Notes under the pieces: model-generated
Seen by the model: the letters and a program-made list of their open reading frames with translations, nothing else
Database searches by the model: none
What the model was told of the DNA's origin: nothing
Source of the DNA: Bacillota bacterium
GTDB taxonomy: Bacteria > Bacillota > Dethiobacteria > DTU022
DNA: 64,000 nucleotides
Reading direction: 5' to 3'
NCBI GenBank assembly: GCA_019428945.1
Contig: JAHYJM010000001.1
Coordinates: 18,267 to 82,266, forward strand
Made by a program: the position numbers and the translations under genes
Shown: piece by piece, positions 17,778-25,771 of the stretch
Layout of the letters: the number at the start of each line of letters is the position of its first letter
How positions within the stretch are numbered: the first letter of the stretch is position 1

Positions 17778-20191
17778 CCCGTCGAAATGCCATGTTGTAC
17801 AGTACGACCGATAATTTCATCCTGAACATCTTTTCCAAGCTCTACGAAGTAGGCAGTATAGCCGGCGACACGCACCAGCAAACCTTTATACTTTTCAGGC
17901 TCCCGTTGAGCGTTGATCAGTGTTTCCTGATCAATAACATTGAACTGCACGTGAAAAACACCTAAGCTGCAAAGGCTCTTTAATAGGGCCATTAACTGGG
18001 TTATCCCATTTTCCGTCTTGAGCATTGCAGGCTCAACTTTCATGTTCAACAGGGTTCCCTGGACAAACCTGCCGTGAGGAATATGAGCAACAGATTTGAT
18101 TACAGCACTGGGCCCGTTCAAATCTGTTCCTCCACTCGGACTGACACCATCAGCAAGGGGCTGCCAGGCTTTACGTCCGGATGGCAGGGCACCTACTTCC
18201 AGGCCGAAAGGTGTATTTCCCGATACAGGAAGTATACCCGGGGTCATTTTCCCGAACTTGCTTTCATAACGCTCTATTTCGTCGGCGATGTATGTAAATA
18301 TTTCTCCCGCAATTTCATCAGCATATGGGTCATCGTTACCGTATTTTGGCGCTTCAAGACACAGTTTGCGGATTTCTTCATATCCACAAAAATCATGATC
18401 AAGGGCTTCTATAAGCTGTTCCATCGGCACCAGTTTCTGATCATAAACCAGGTATTTAACAGCTGTAATACTATTGATCAAATCAGCCACCCCGATCAGG
18501 ATAATGCCGTTTCCCACATTATACTTGGCGCCTCCCCATGCATAATCTTTCGCATTTTCTATACAATCCCTGAAAGTGAGAGAAAGAGCGGGCACCGGCC
18601 TGTTAAGGCCAATCTCATCTATTACGTGGCTTCCGGCAATAACTGCCCTGGTTGCGTAAGCAATCTGACTTTTTACAGCCTGGAGAAACTGATCAAATGA
18701 AGTGAATTCTTTTGGTTCTCCGGTTCTCTCAGATATGATCAGGCCGCTCTTTCTGTTGATGCCGTTTAGCAGGGTAAATTCGACCATGCTTCCAAGGTTA
18801 ATGTCGGCAAGAGCGGTGTACTGCCGCATGCGCCCTTCTAAGTTAGTCTCGACACAACCACAGGGGTTCCAGTTATACGCTTCTCTGAGAGGGACGCCCT
18901 TGTTCATTAGCATGGCAATACCTATATCATCATTATGAAAAGCAGGGAATCCCGTCCCCAGTCTGATCAGCTCCACAACCTTGCGAAGAAATGAGTTCGG
19001 GTTTTTAGAGACGCTGTAGCGCACCGAGAGAGAAGGCTGGTATAGCTGTACATCCATTGTAGCCTGCAATATCATGTATGAGAGATCGTTTACGGCGTCT
19101 TTACCAGCCTCATCAACTCCGCCTGCACAGACATTCTGAAACATGGGATAACCTGCGGCAAACTCTGCTGTCTGAGCATCCTGAAAAAGACATGGCTCGC
19201 TGAATTTAATCCAGAGACAGTCGAGAAGTTCCTGAGCCTGTTCCGGAGTTATGCGTCCTGCATCAATATCAGCTTTATAAAATGGCCAGAGATACTGATC
19301 CATTCTGCCCGGGTTGTAACTGGCGGCATTCTGCTCCATGAAGATCATCGTCTGATAAAAATATAGTGATTGCAAGGCTTCGCGGAAAGTGCGGGCCGGC
19401 TTCATCGGGACCCGGCGGCAGACTTCAGCAATTTCAATTAATTCTTTTTTACGCCTGGGGTTATCCTCTGCAGCTGCCAGCTTATCAGCCTCTTCAGCAT
19501 ATCGTTCAGCATTTCTGGCTATGCCGTCAGCGGCAATTAAAAGCGATTTAAGGTAGTAATCTTTTTCGAAATCACCCGGTTTAGTTAGATCCAGTTTTGA
19601 TTTTCTCTCTTTAATGCTGAGAATAATCCCTTCAAGCCCTTCTTTAATCAGCCATTCATAACCGGCAGTTGTTTCGCCCCAGCCACGAACAGCTTTTCGA
19701 TCTATATAGACAACACCGTTATCGCGAAGAACCCTGGTTTCATCGGGAATCTGGGCCAACCATTCCTCATAATTTGAACGTCCTTTCCAGTAAGGACGAA
19801 TTTCTTCTTCAAAAGCAAACCTGTCTTCCGGTTTAAGGTTGAAAGGATCGTATTTCCGGCTGCTTATTGTATCGAGCTCCTTGTCTAATACGGACCAGCA
19901 GGAGTCGGCGCAGAGAATACCTGCCCTGATCTTACTGCCTGAACAACCGACAATAAGCTCTTCATCCCATATCTTAATCGTTTTTTCGCAGCACTGATTC
20001 CTGAAAGCCCTGGCTTTGCGCATTACAAGCGGTTCACCCTCAGCTTCCCTGAAACCCTTTGTCAACAGCCTGGCATTTTCCAGATCCATCTCAGGCTGAG
20101 TATCAAGAACCCGTTGTTTCAGAAAGTGGATGCGTTTCATGTAGGTCGGTTCAACTCGGGCTTCCAGTTTTTTTTGCTTTGTCTGAGGCAT
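17774..20191 (-). CDS. Glycyl radical enzyme of unassigned specificity (eliminase-like)
   Basis: ELIVG, PGRMDQYL, finger loop NPCGCVET, QFNV, Gly loop LVRVAGY. Confidence 0.93.
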   Translation of the reverse strand: MPQTKQKKLEARVEPTYMKRIHFLKQRVLDTQPEMDLENARLLTKGFREAEGEPLVMRKARAFRNQCCEKTIKIWDEELIVGCSGSKIRAGILCADSCWSVLDKELDTISSRKYDPFNLKPEDRFAFEEEIRPYWKGRSNYEEWLAQIPDETRVLRDNGVVYIDRKAVRGWGETTAGYEWLIKEGLEGIILSIKERKSKLDLTKPGDFEKDYYLKSLLIAADGIARNAERYAEEADKLAAAEDNPRRKKELIEIAEVCRRVPMKPARTFREALQSLYFYQTMIFMEQNAASYNPGRMDQYLWPFYKADIDAGRITPEQAQELLDCLWIKFSEPCLFQDAQTAEFAAGYPMFQNVCAGGVDEAGKDAVNDLSYMILQATMDVQLYQPSLSVRYSVSKNPNSFLRKVVELIRLGTGFPAFHNDDIGIAMLMNKGVPLREAYNWNPCGCVETNLEGRMRQYTALADINLGSMVEFTLLNGINRKSGLIISERTGEPKEFTSFDQFLQAVKSQIAYATRAVIAGSHVIDEIGLNRPVPALSLTFRDCIENAKDYAWGGAKYNVGNGIILIGVADLINSITAVKYLVYDQKLVPMEQLIEALDHDFCGYEEIRKLCLEAPKYGNDDPYADEIAGEIFTYIADEIERYESKFGKMTPGILPVSGNTPFGLEVGALPSGRKAWQPLADGVSPSGGTDLNGPSAVIKSVAHIPHGRFVQGTLLNMKVEPAMLKTENGITQLMALLKSLCSLGVFHVQFNVIDQETLINAQREPEKYKGLLVRVAGYTAYFVELGKDVQDEIIGRTVQHGISTG

Positions 20192-20318
20192 TAAAATCCC
20201 TCCAGGTCTTTTTATACTATTTTATAATTATAGCATACCTTATTTGTTCAGTATATTGTTGATACTAACATCTCGTCCGAACTTCTGATATAATATTTAA
20301 TGTCAATGAAAGTGAGAA

Positions 20319-21239
20319 ATGATGAACAAGGGAATAATTTTTAACATTCAAAGGTTTTCACTGCACGACGGCCCGGGGATTAGAACAACTATATTTTTTA
20401 AAGGCTGCCCATTAAGCTGCCCTTGGTGCCAGAACCCGGAGGGGATGAGGCCTGAAAAAGATCTTTTCAGACATTCAGCCCGCTGTATCGCATGCCGGTT
20501 TTGCGTAGAGCATTGTCCGGAAAAAGCCGTTGAACTTACTGAAAATGGTCCGGTAATTAATCGTGACTTATGTTCACTATGCCTGATCTGTGCAGAAAAT
20601 TGTCCTGTTGAAGCATTTGAAAAAGCGGGCAGGGAAATCACTGTAGGCGAGCTTGTAAATGAAATCATAAAAGATAGAATTATATTTGAAGAATCGGGAG
20701 GAGGAGCAACATTTTCCGGCGGTGAACCGCTTATGCAAAGTGGGTTTTTGATCAGTGTATTAAAAGCATTAAAAAACGAAGGGATCCACACAGCTATTGA
20801 AACATCCGGTTATGCTTCCTGGGAGAGCTTTAGGGATACGCTTCCATATACAGATCTATATTTATTTGATTTAAAAATTGTTGATCCGGGAAAGTGCAAA
20901 GAATTTCTGGGCGTAAATATAGAACCGATACTTGAGAATCTGAATAAACTAGCTAAAAATAATGCTGATATATTAGTGCGTATTCCAGTAATTCCCTCGG
21001 TAAATGATGATTTAAGAAATTTGAACCTGGTGGTGAAAACTTTGAACAGCGCCGGAATTGATTCTCTCGAGCTGATCCCATACCATAAACTCGGTTCGGC
21101 AAAATACTCAAACCTTGATCTTAATTACAGCATGCATAATATTGAACCGCCCGGCCCCGATCAATTGGATCGAATCACAAAACTGCTTGAAGCATCTGGT
21201 ATTATTATACATAGCGAGGTAGAACGCGAAAATGATTAA
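20319..21239 (+). CDS. Glycyl-radical enzyme activating enzyme (HypD activase)
   Basis: HDGPGIRTTIFFKGCPLSCPWC, ferredoxin insert, FSGGEP, ETSG; overlaps hypD. Confidence 0.93.
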   Translation: MMNKGIIFNIQRFSLHDGPGIRTTIFFKGCPLSCPWCQNPEGMRPEKDLFRHSARCIACRFCVEHCPEKAVELTENGPVINRDLCSLCLICAENCPVEAFEKAGREITVGELVNEIIKDRIIFEESGGGATFSGGEPLMQSGFLISVLKALKNEGIHTAIETSGYASWESFRDTLPYTDLYLFDLKIVDPGKCKEFLGVNIEPILENLNKLAKNNADILVRIPVIPSVNDDLRNLNLVVKTLNSAGIDSLELIPYHKLGSAKYSNLDLNYSMHNIEPPGPDQLDRITKLLEASGIIIHSEVEREND

Positions 21240-23613
21240 ACAAAACCGTGGTATGAACGACAGAGTACAAAAATTACGGGAAATAAGTGAGACAACAAGA
21301 CCGTCAATTTCAATCGAGCGAGCTTTACTGGTTACTGAGGCATATAAAAACCATGCCGGCAAGGTGAGTATCCCTGTGCTCAGAGCTCTTGTTTTTAAGC
21401 ATTTGATGGAGAATAAAACTATCCATATTGAGAATGGAGAACTGATCGTAGGCGAACGCGGAACGGGACCACAGGTCACACCGACCTATCCTGAGCTTTG
21501 CTGTCACACGCTTGATGATCTATCGGTTATTTCAGAAAGAGAAAAAATTTCATTTGAAGTTAACGAGCATGTCCGAAATACCCAGGAACATGAAATCATC
21601 CCTTACTGGCATGGTCGTTCCATGCGGGAAAATATATTTAAACAGATGAGCAAGGATTGGCACAACTGTTACGAAGCCGGTATTTTTACAGAGTTTATGG
21701 AGCAGCGTGCCCCTGGCCACACTGTGGCAGGAGATAAAATATACAACACAGGTATGCTTGATTTAAAAGCTCAGATTACCAGTAAACTTAATTCACCTGG
21801 TTTAAAAGATAATCCTGATCAAGAAGCTAAACGAGAACAGCTTAAAGCAATGGATATATGCGCCGACGCTTTAATCACCTTTGCAAAACGGCATGCTCAA
21901 AAAGCAAGGGAAATAGCCAAAACAGAAATTTTACCGGAAAGAAGAGCGGAGCTGCTAAAAGTCGCGTCTGTTTGTGAAAGAGTTCCGGCCAATGCTCCAT
22001 GCGATATGTGGGAAGCTCTTCAATATTACTGGTTCGTTCACCTCGGTGTTATAACCGAGCTCAATACCTGGGATGCTTTCTGTCCCGGCAGGCTTGATCA
22101 ACACCTCCGGCCATTTTACGAGAAAGATATTGAAAAGGGAAACCTCAACCGCGAGAAGGCAAAAGAACTTCTTGAATGTTTCTGGATTAAGTTCAATAAT
22201 CAACCAGCCCCGCCCAAAGTCGGAATAACCCTGAAAGAAAGTGGAACATACACCGATTTTTCGAACATCAACCTCGGTGGTGTAAAGCCTGACGGTAAAG
22301 ACGGTGTAAACGATATAACCTACCTGCTGCTTGAAGTAATTGATGAAATGCGCCTGCTTCAGCCAAGTACTAATATACAGCTCAGCAAGAAAAATCCTGA
22401 TCTCTTTATCAGGAAAGCCGGCGAAATTATCCGTAAAGGCTGGGGACAACCTTCAGTTTTTAATGTTGAAGCTGTAATCCAGGAGCTTCTGATCCAGGGT
22501 AAATCACTGGTTGATGCCAGGAATGGAGGAACAAGCGGGTGTGTTGAAACTGGTGCATTCGGAAAGGAAAGCTATATCCTGACTGGTTATTTCAACCTGA
22601 CTAAAGTATTGGAAATAACCCTGAATAATGGCTTCGATCCTTTAACGGGTAAACAGCTTGGACCGGATACCGGTAACCCACGTGACTTTAACAGCTTTGA
22701 AGAGTTGCTGAAAGCTTTTGAAACGCAGCTAAAACATTTTCTGGATATAAAAATAACAGGAAACCAGGTGATTGAAAAACTCTATGCTGATAACATGCCA
22801 GCGCCATTTCTTTCACTAATCATCGATGACTGTCTTGAGAATGCCAAAGATTACAATGCCGGTGGTTCGCGCTATAATACAAACTACATTCAGGGTGTAG
22901 GCATAGGCTCAATCACTGACAGTTTGGCATCGATCAAAAAACATATATACGACGATCAAAAATACAGCTGGGATCGGTTATTATCTGCCCTCAATACTAA
23001 TTTTTCAGGTCTTGAAGCAATGAGACAGTATATAATTCACAAAACACCGCACTACGGCAACGATGACGACTATCCCGATGATATTATGCAAAAAGTTTTC
23101 AGTATGTTTCACCATCTGGTTGACGGACGTAAAACTTTCCGCGGCGGCACGTACAGGATCAACATGCTGCCAACAACATGCCACGTTTATTTCGGATCAA
23201 TAATCGGCGCAACTCCCGATGGACGTTTAGCAGGGATACCATTATCGGAAGGTATATCACCCGTGCAGGGTACTGACATAAGCGGACCGACAGCGGTAAT
23301 TAAATCAGCTGCTAAGATGGACCACCTGCTGACAGGCGGAACTCTGCTAAACCTGAAATTTTCACCCATAGCGCTGGCAGGAGATAAAGGTCTTGATAAC
23401 CTGGTCCATCTTGTCAGGTCATATTTCAGGATGGACGGTCATCATATACAGTTTAATGTTGTTGACGCCGATACACTTAAAAAGGCCCAGGCCAACCCTG
23501 AGCTTCACCGTGGTTTGATCGTGAGGGTGGCCGGTTACAGCGACTATTTCAACAACCTCAGCGAACAGCTTCAAAACGAGATAATTACCCGCACTGCACA
23601 CGAAGCCCTTTGA
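21232..23613 (+). CDS. hypD: trans-4-hydroxy-L-proline dehydratase (glycyl radical enzyme)
   Basis: HypD-like segments as recalled from the C. difficile enzyme: TYPELCCH, FMEQRAPGHT, FNNQPAPPKVGITLKES.TYTDF, TSGCVETG; also MLPTTCH and RVAGYS. Confidence 0.9.
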   Translation: MIKQNRGMNDRVQKLREISETTRPSISIERALLVTEAYKNHAGKVSIPVLRALVFKHLMENKTIHIENGELIVGERGTGPQVTPTYPELCCHTLDDLSVISEREKISFEVNEHVRNTQEHEIIPYWHGRSMRENIFKQMSKDWHNCYEAGIFTEFMEQRAPGHTVAGDKIYNTGMLDLKAQITSKLNSPGLKDNPDQEAKREQLKAMDICADALITFAKRHAQKAREIAKTEILPERRAELLKVASVCERVPANAPCDMWEALQYYWFVHLGVITELNTWDAFCPGRLDQHLRPFYEKDIEKGNLNREKAKELLECFWIKFNNQPAPPKVGITLKESGTYTDFSNINLGGVKPDGKDGVNDITYLLLEVIDEMRLLQPSTNIQLSKKNPDLFIRKAGEIIRKGWGQPSVFNVEAVIQELLIQGKSLVDARNGGTSGCVETGAFGKESYILTGYFNLTKVLEITLNNGFDPLTGKQLGPDTGNPRDFNSFEELLKAFETQLKHFLDIKITGNQVIEKLYADNMPAPFLSLIIDDCLENAKDYNAGGSRYNTNYIQGVGIGSITDSLASIKKHIYDDQKYSWDRLLSALNTNFSGLEAMRQYIIHKTPHYGNDDDYPDDIMQKVFSMFHHLVDGRKTFRGGTYRINMLPTTCHVYFGSIIGATPDGRLAGIPLSEGISPVQGTDISGPTAVIKSAAKMDHLLTGGTLLNLKFSPIALAGDKGLDNLVHLVRSYFRMDGHHIQFNVVDADTLKKAQANPELHRGLIVRVAGYSDYFNNLSEQLQNEIITRTAHEAL

Positions 23614-23633
23614 GATAATTCTCCGGGCAAGCG

Positions 23634-23662
23634 TTGACATGAACGGGTAAATCGAATACAAT
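23634..23662 (+). promoter_or_regulatory. Sigma-A promoter of tRNA-Trp
   Basis: TTGACA-17 bp-TACAAT. Confidence 0.8.
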
Positions 23663-23673
23663 AATTTTGGCAA

Positions 23674-23749
23674 AGGGGAGTAGCTCAACTGGCAGAGCAG
23701 CGGTCTCCAAAACCGCAGGCTGCGGGTTCAAGTCCTGTCTCCCCTGCCA
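23674..23749 (+). tRNA. tRNA-Trp (CCA)
   Basis: Acceptor AGGGGAG/CTCCCCT, anticodon arm GCGGT-CTCCAAA-ACCGC, GGTTCAAGTCC T-arm, encoded CCA. Confidence 0.96.
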
Positions 23750-23758
23750 TTGATAACA

Positions 23759-23794
23759 GACAAGATGCTGCATTTAAGTTGCAGCATCTTGTTT
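23759..23794 (+). terminator. Intrinsic terminator after tRNA-Trp
   Basis: ACAAGATGCTGCA-tttaagt-TGCAGCATCTTGT followed by a short T run. Confidence 0.75.
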
Positions 23795-23825
23795 AAATGT
23801 GGTTTTTTGGGAAGGAGTTTATTTA

Positions 23826-23915
23826 ATGCCCGCGCAGGAGCTGATGAATGAACTCGAAAGTATGGCTCCACTGGAGATTACAATTCTCGAAATCACCGAT
23901 CTCTTGATCCCGTGA
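23826..23915 (+). CDS. Putative 29-aa peptide MPAQELMNELESMAPLEITILEITDLLIP
   Basis: AAGGAG RBS about 8 nt upstream; stop codon sits in hairpin ATCCCGTG-attaac-TACGGGAT followed by ATTTTT; below the ORF-track cutoff. Confidence 0.4.
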   Translation: MPAQELMNELESMAPLEITILEITDLLIP

Positions 23916-23996
23916 TTAACTACGGGATATTTTTATGCCCCTGCCTGTAACGTTTTAAATTGAATAGGGTTAATCACTATGAAAGAGGTGTTATAT

Positions 23997-25187
23997 ATGC
24001 AGTCTACAAAAGAAGTGTTGCAGCTGAATGAAAAGTTCGGAGCAAGGAATTACCTTCCTCTGCCCGTTGTTCTTTCCAGTGGAGAAGGCGTTTGGGTTAC
24101 AGATCCGGAAGGGAATCGCTACATGGATATGCTCAGTGCATATTCGGCTATGAATTTTGGCCATTGCCATCCTAAAATTATAGATGCATTAAAAAAGCAG
24201 GCTGATAAAATAACCCTCACATCACGAGCTTTTCATAACGATCAGCTTGGTGAATTCTGCCGGAGGCTGGCCGAATTAACGGGCAAAGAGATGGTCCTGC
24301 CCATGAATACGGGAGCCGAAGCAGTTGAAACGGCTATTAAAGCAGTACGCCGCTGGGCATACAGAGTAAAAAATGTGCCCGAAGATAAAGCTGAAATAAT
24401 TGCGTGCAGCGGTAATTTTCATGGACGAACAGTAACAATTGTCTCATTCAGTTCTGACGAAGCTTATAAATCAGGGTTTGGCCCTTATACACCGGGGTTC
24501 AGAATTATTGAATACGGCAGCATTGACGCGCTTAAAGCAGCGATCAATAAGAATACAGCCGCTTTGCTAATCGAACCGATTCAGGGCGAAGGGGGAATAA
24601 TCATTCCCCCCGCAGGCTACTTAAATGAAGCCTATAAACTCTGTAAAGAAAATAATATTATTTTTATGGCTGATGAAATACAAACCGGTTTCGGCCGTAC
24701 CGGCACAATGTTTGCCTGTGACCGGGAAAATGTGGCTCCTGATCTTTACATCCTTGGCAAAGCGCTTGGTGGCGGAGTCCTGCCTATCTCTGCTGTTACA
24801 GCTTCAGAAGAGGTCCTGGGCGTTTTTGAACCGGGCTCACATGGCTCTACATTTGGCGGAAATCCCCTTGCCTGCGCTGTATCGCTTACCGCCCTGGATG
24901 TGCTTGAAGAGGAAAAACTTGTTGAAAATTCAGAGGGTCTGGGTATTTATTTCGTAAAAAGGCTCCGGGAAATTCAACATCCGGTTATTGCTGAAATCAG
25001 GGGCAGGGGGCTTATGGTTGGCGTTGAGTTAAAGGAAAAAGCCCGTCCGTATTGTGAAAAACTAATGAAAAAAGGCATATTGGCCAAAGAAACACACGAG
25101 AATGTTATAAGGTTTGCGCCACCGCTGGTTATAACAAAAAAAGAACTGGACTGGGCAATTGATATAGTAGACCAGGTTTTCAGTTAG
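23997..25187 (+). CDS. rocD: Ornithine--oxo-acid aminotransferase
   Basis: [67 protein letters not shown]; ATG after GAGGTG. Confidence 0.93.
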   Translation: MQSTKEVLQLNEKFGARNYLPLPVVLSSGEGVWVTDPEGNRYMDMLSAYSAMNFGHCHPKIIDALKKQADKITLTSRAFHNDQLGEFCRRLAELTGKEMVLPMNTGAEAVETAIKAVRRWAYRVKNVPEDKAEIIACSGNFHGRTVTIVSFSSDEAYKSGFGPYTPGFRIIEYGSIDALKAAINKNTAALLIEPIQGEGGIIIPPAGYLNEAYKLCKENNIIFMADEIQTGFGRTGTMFACDRENVAPDLYILGKALGGGVLPISAVTASEEVLGVFEPGSHGSTFGGNPLACAVSLTALDVLEEEKLVENSEGLGIYFVKRLREIQHPVIAEIRGRGLMVGVELKEKARPYCEKLMKKGILAKETHENVIRFAPPLVITKKELDWAIDIVDQVFS

Positions 25188-25214
25188 AAGAATAAAATAA
25201 AAATATAAAAAGTA

Positions 25215-25243
25215 TTGACAAATCAAATTACTTGATCAATAAT
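25215..25243 (+). promoter_or_regulatory. Sigma-A promoter of the intergenic RNA
   Basis: TTGACA-17 bp-AATAAT; predicted +1 about 25250. Confidence 0.65.
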
Positions 25244-25249
25244 ACCCTT

Positions 25250-25540
25250 ACCAGGTTCCGAGAGACTGGATAGCAAACTGGATCTGGTTTGCAGGGAAAA
25301 GCCGGAATGGAAAAAGGGTTAACCGGATTCCAAAGAAGGGTCCCTAAAATAACCAGATCGCTGAAAGAGCCGGATAATGAAAGGTCGCCAGGCCGGGAAT
25401 TACCGGAAATCGCAGCACGGATAATAGTAACTTCCTGGAGGTTGAGTGAATGCCATCCAAAGGTGGTGGTGGAAGCTCAGCTGTAGATGGGCAAGCGAAG
25501 AAGATCCGACAGTGAGTTAAAAGGCCTGTTGGGACCTGGT
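25250..25540 (+). ncRNA. Unidentified ~290-nt structured RNA
   Basis: 12-bp terminal helix ACCAGGTTCCGA/TTGGGACCTGGT starting at the predicted +1 and followed by Ts; several internal helices; GC-richer than its AT-rich flanks. Confidence 0.65.
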
Positions 25541-25644
25541 TTTAATTTGTACAATGTTTGCTTATGAGATTCTAACCGCTTGTATTTCTTTTACACAAAT
25601 AATAACATCTACATAAATAACTAACATTACTATTCTTCGTTTCG

Positions 25645-25674
25645 TTGACACTTCTGAATAAACTCTGGTATAAT
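25645..25674 (+). promoter_or_regulatory. Sigma-A promoter of the NuoEF-like operon
   Basis: TTGACA-18 bp-TATAAT with extended -10 TG. Confidence 0.75.
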
Positions 25675-25771
25675 TTTTATTGTGATAAATGTTCTTAGTT
25701 AACCTATAACTTAAGATTTAATAAAATATGTCTAGCTTTAATACAAAACTAAATAAACCAAAGGACGGGTA

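Noticed and set aside
17774-20191. Calling this GRE pflB or cutC
   Set aside because: Lacks the PFL Cys-Cys pair; CutC-like segments diverge and no cut/microcompartment context
23585-23773. 62-aa minus-strand ORF
   Set aside because: Antisense translation of tRNA-Trp (WQGRQDLNPQP pattern)
23674-23990. Prophage or island integrated at tRNA-Trp (also checked tRNA-Gln)
   Set aside because: No adjacent integrase and no duplicated tRNA 3' end noticed
25289-25486. 65-aa ORF in the track
   Set aside because: TTG start without RBS, no recognisable motif, and lies wholly inside the structured RNA candidate
25250-25540. Assignment of the RNA as SRP, RNase P, c-di-AMP or glycine riboswitch, T-box or group II intron domain V
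   Set aside because: Only fragments match: no GNRA-capped helix 8, no GAGGAAAGUCC/P4 pairing, no GCUAAC, no CUCAGG, no GGUGGNACC antiterminator
25680-25697. Rex operator downstream of the NuoEF-operon promoter (TTGTGATAAATGTTCTTA)
   Set aside because: Only the left half-site matches TTGTGAA-N4-TTCACAA
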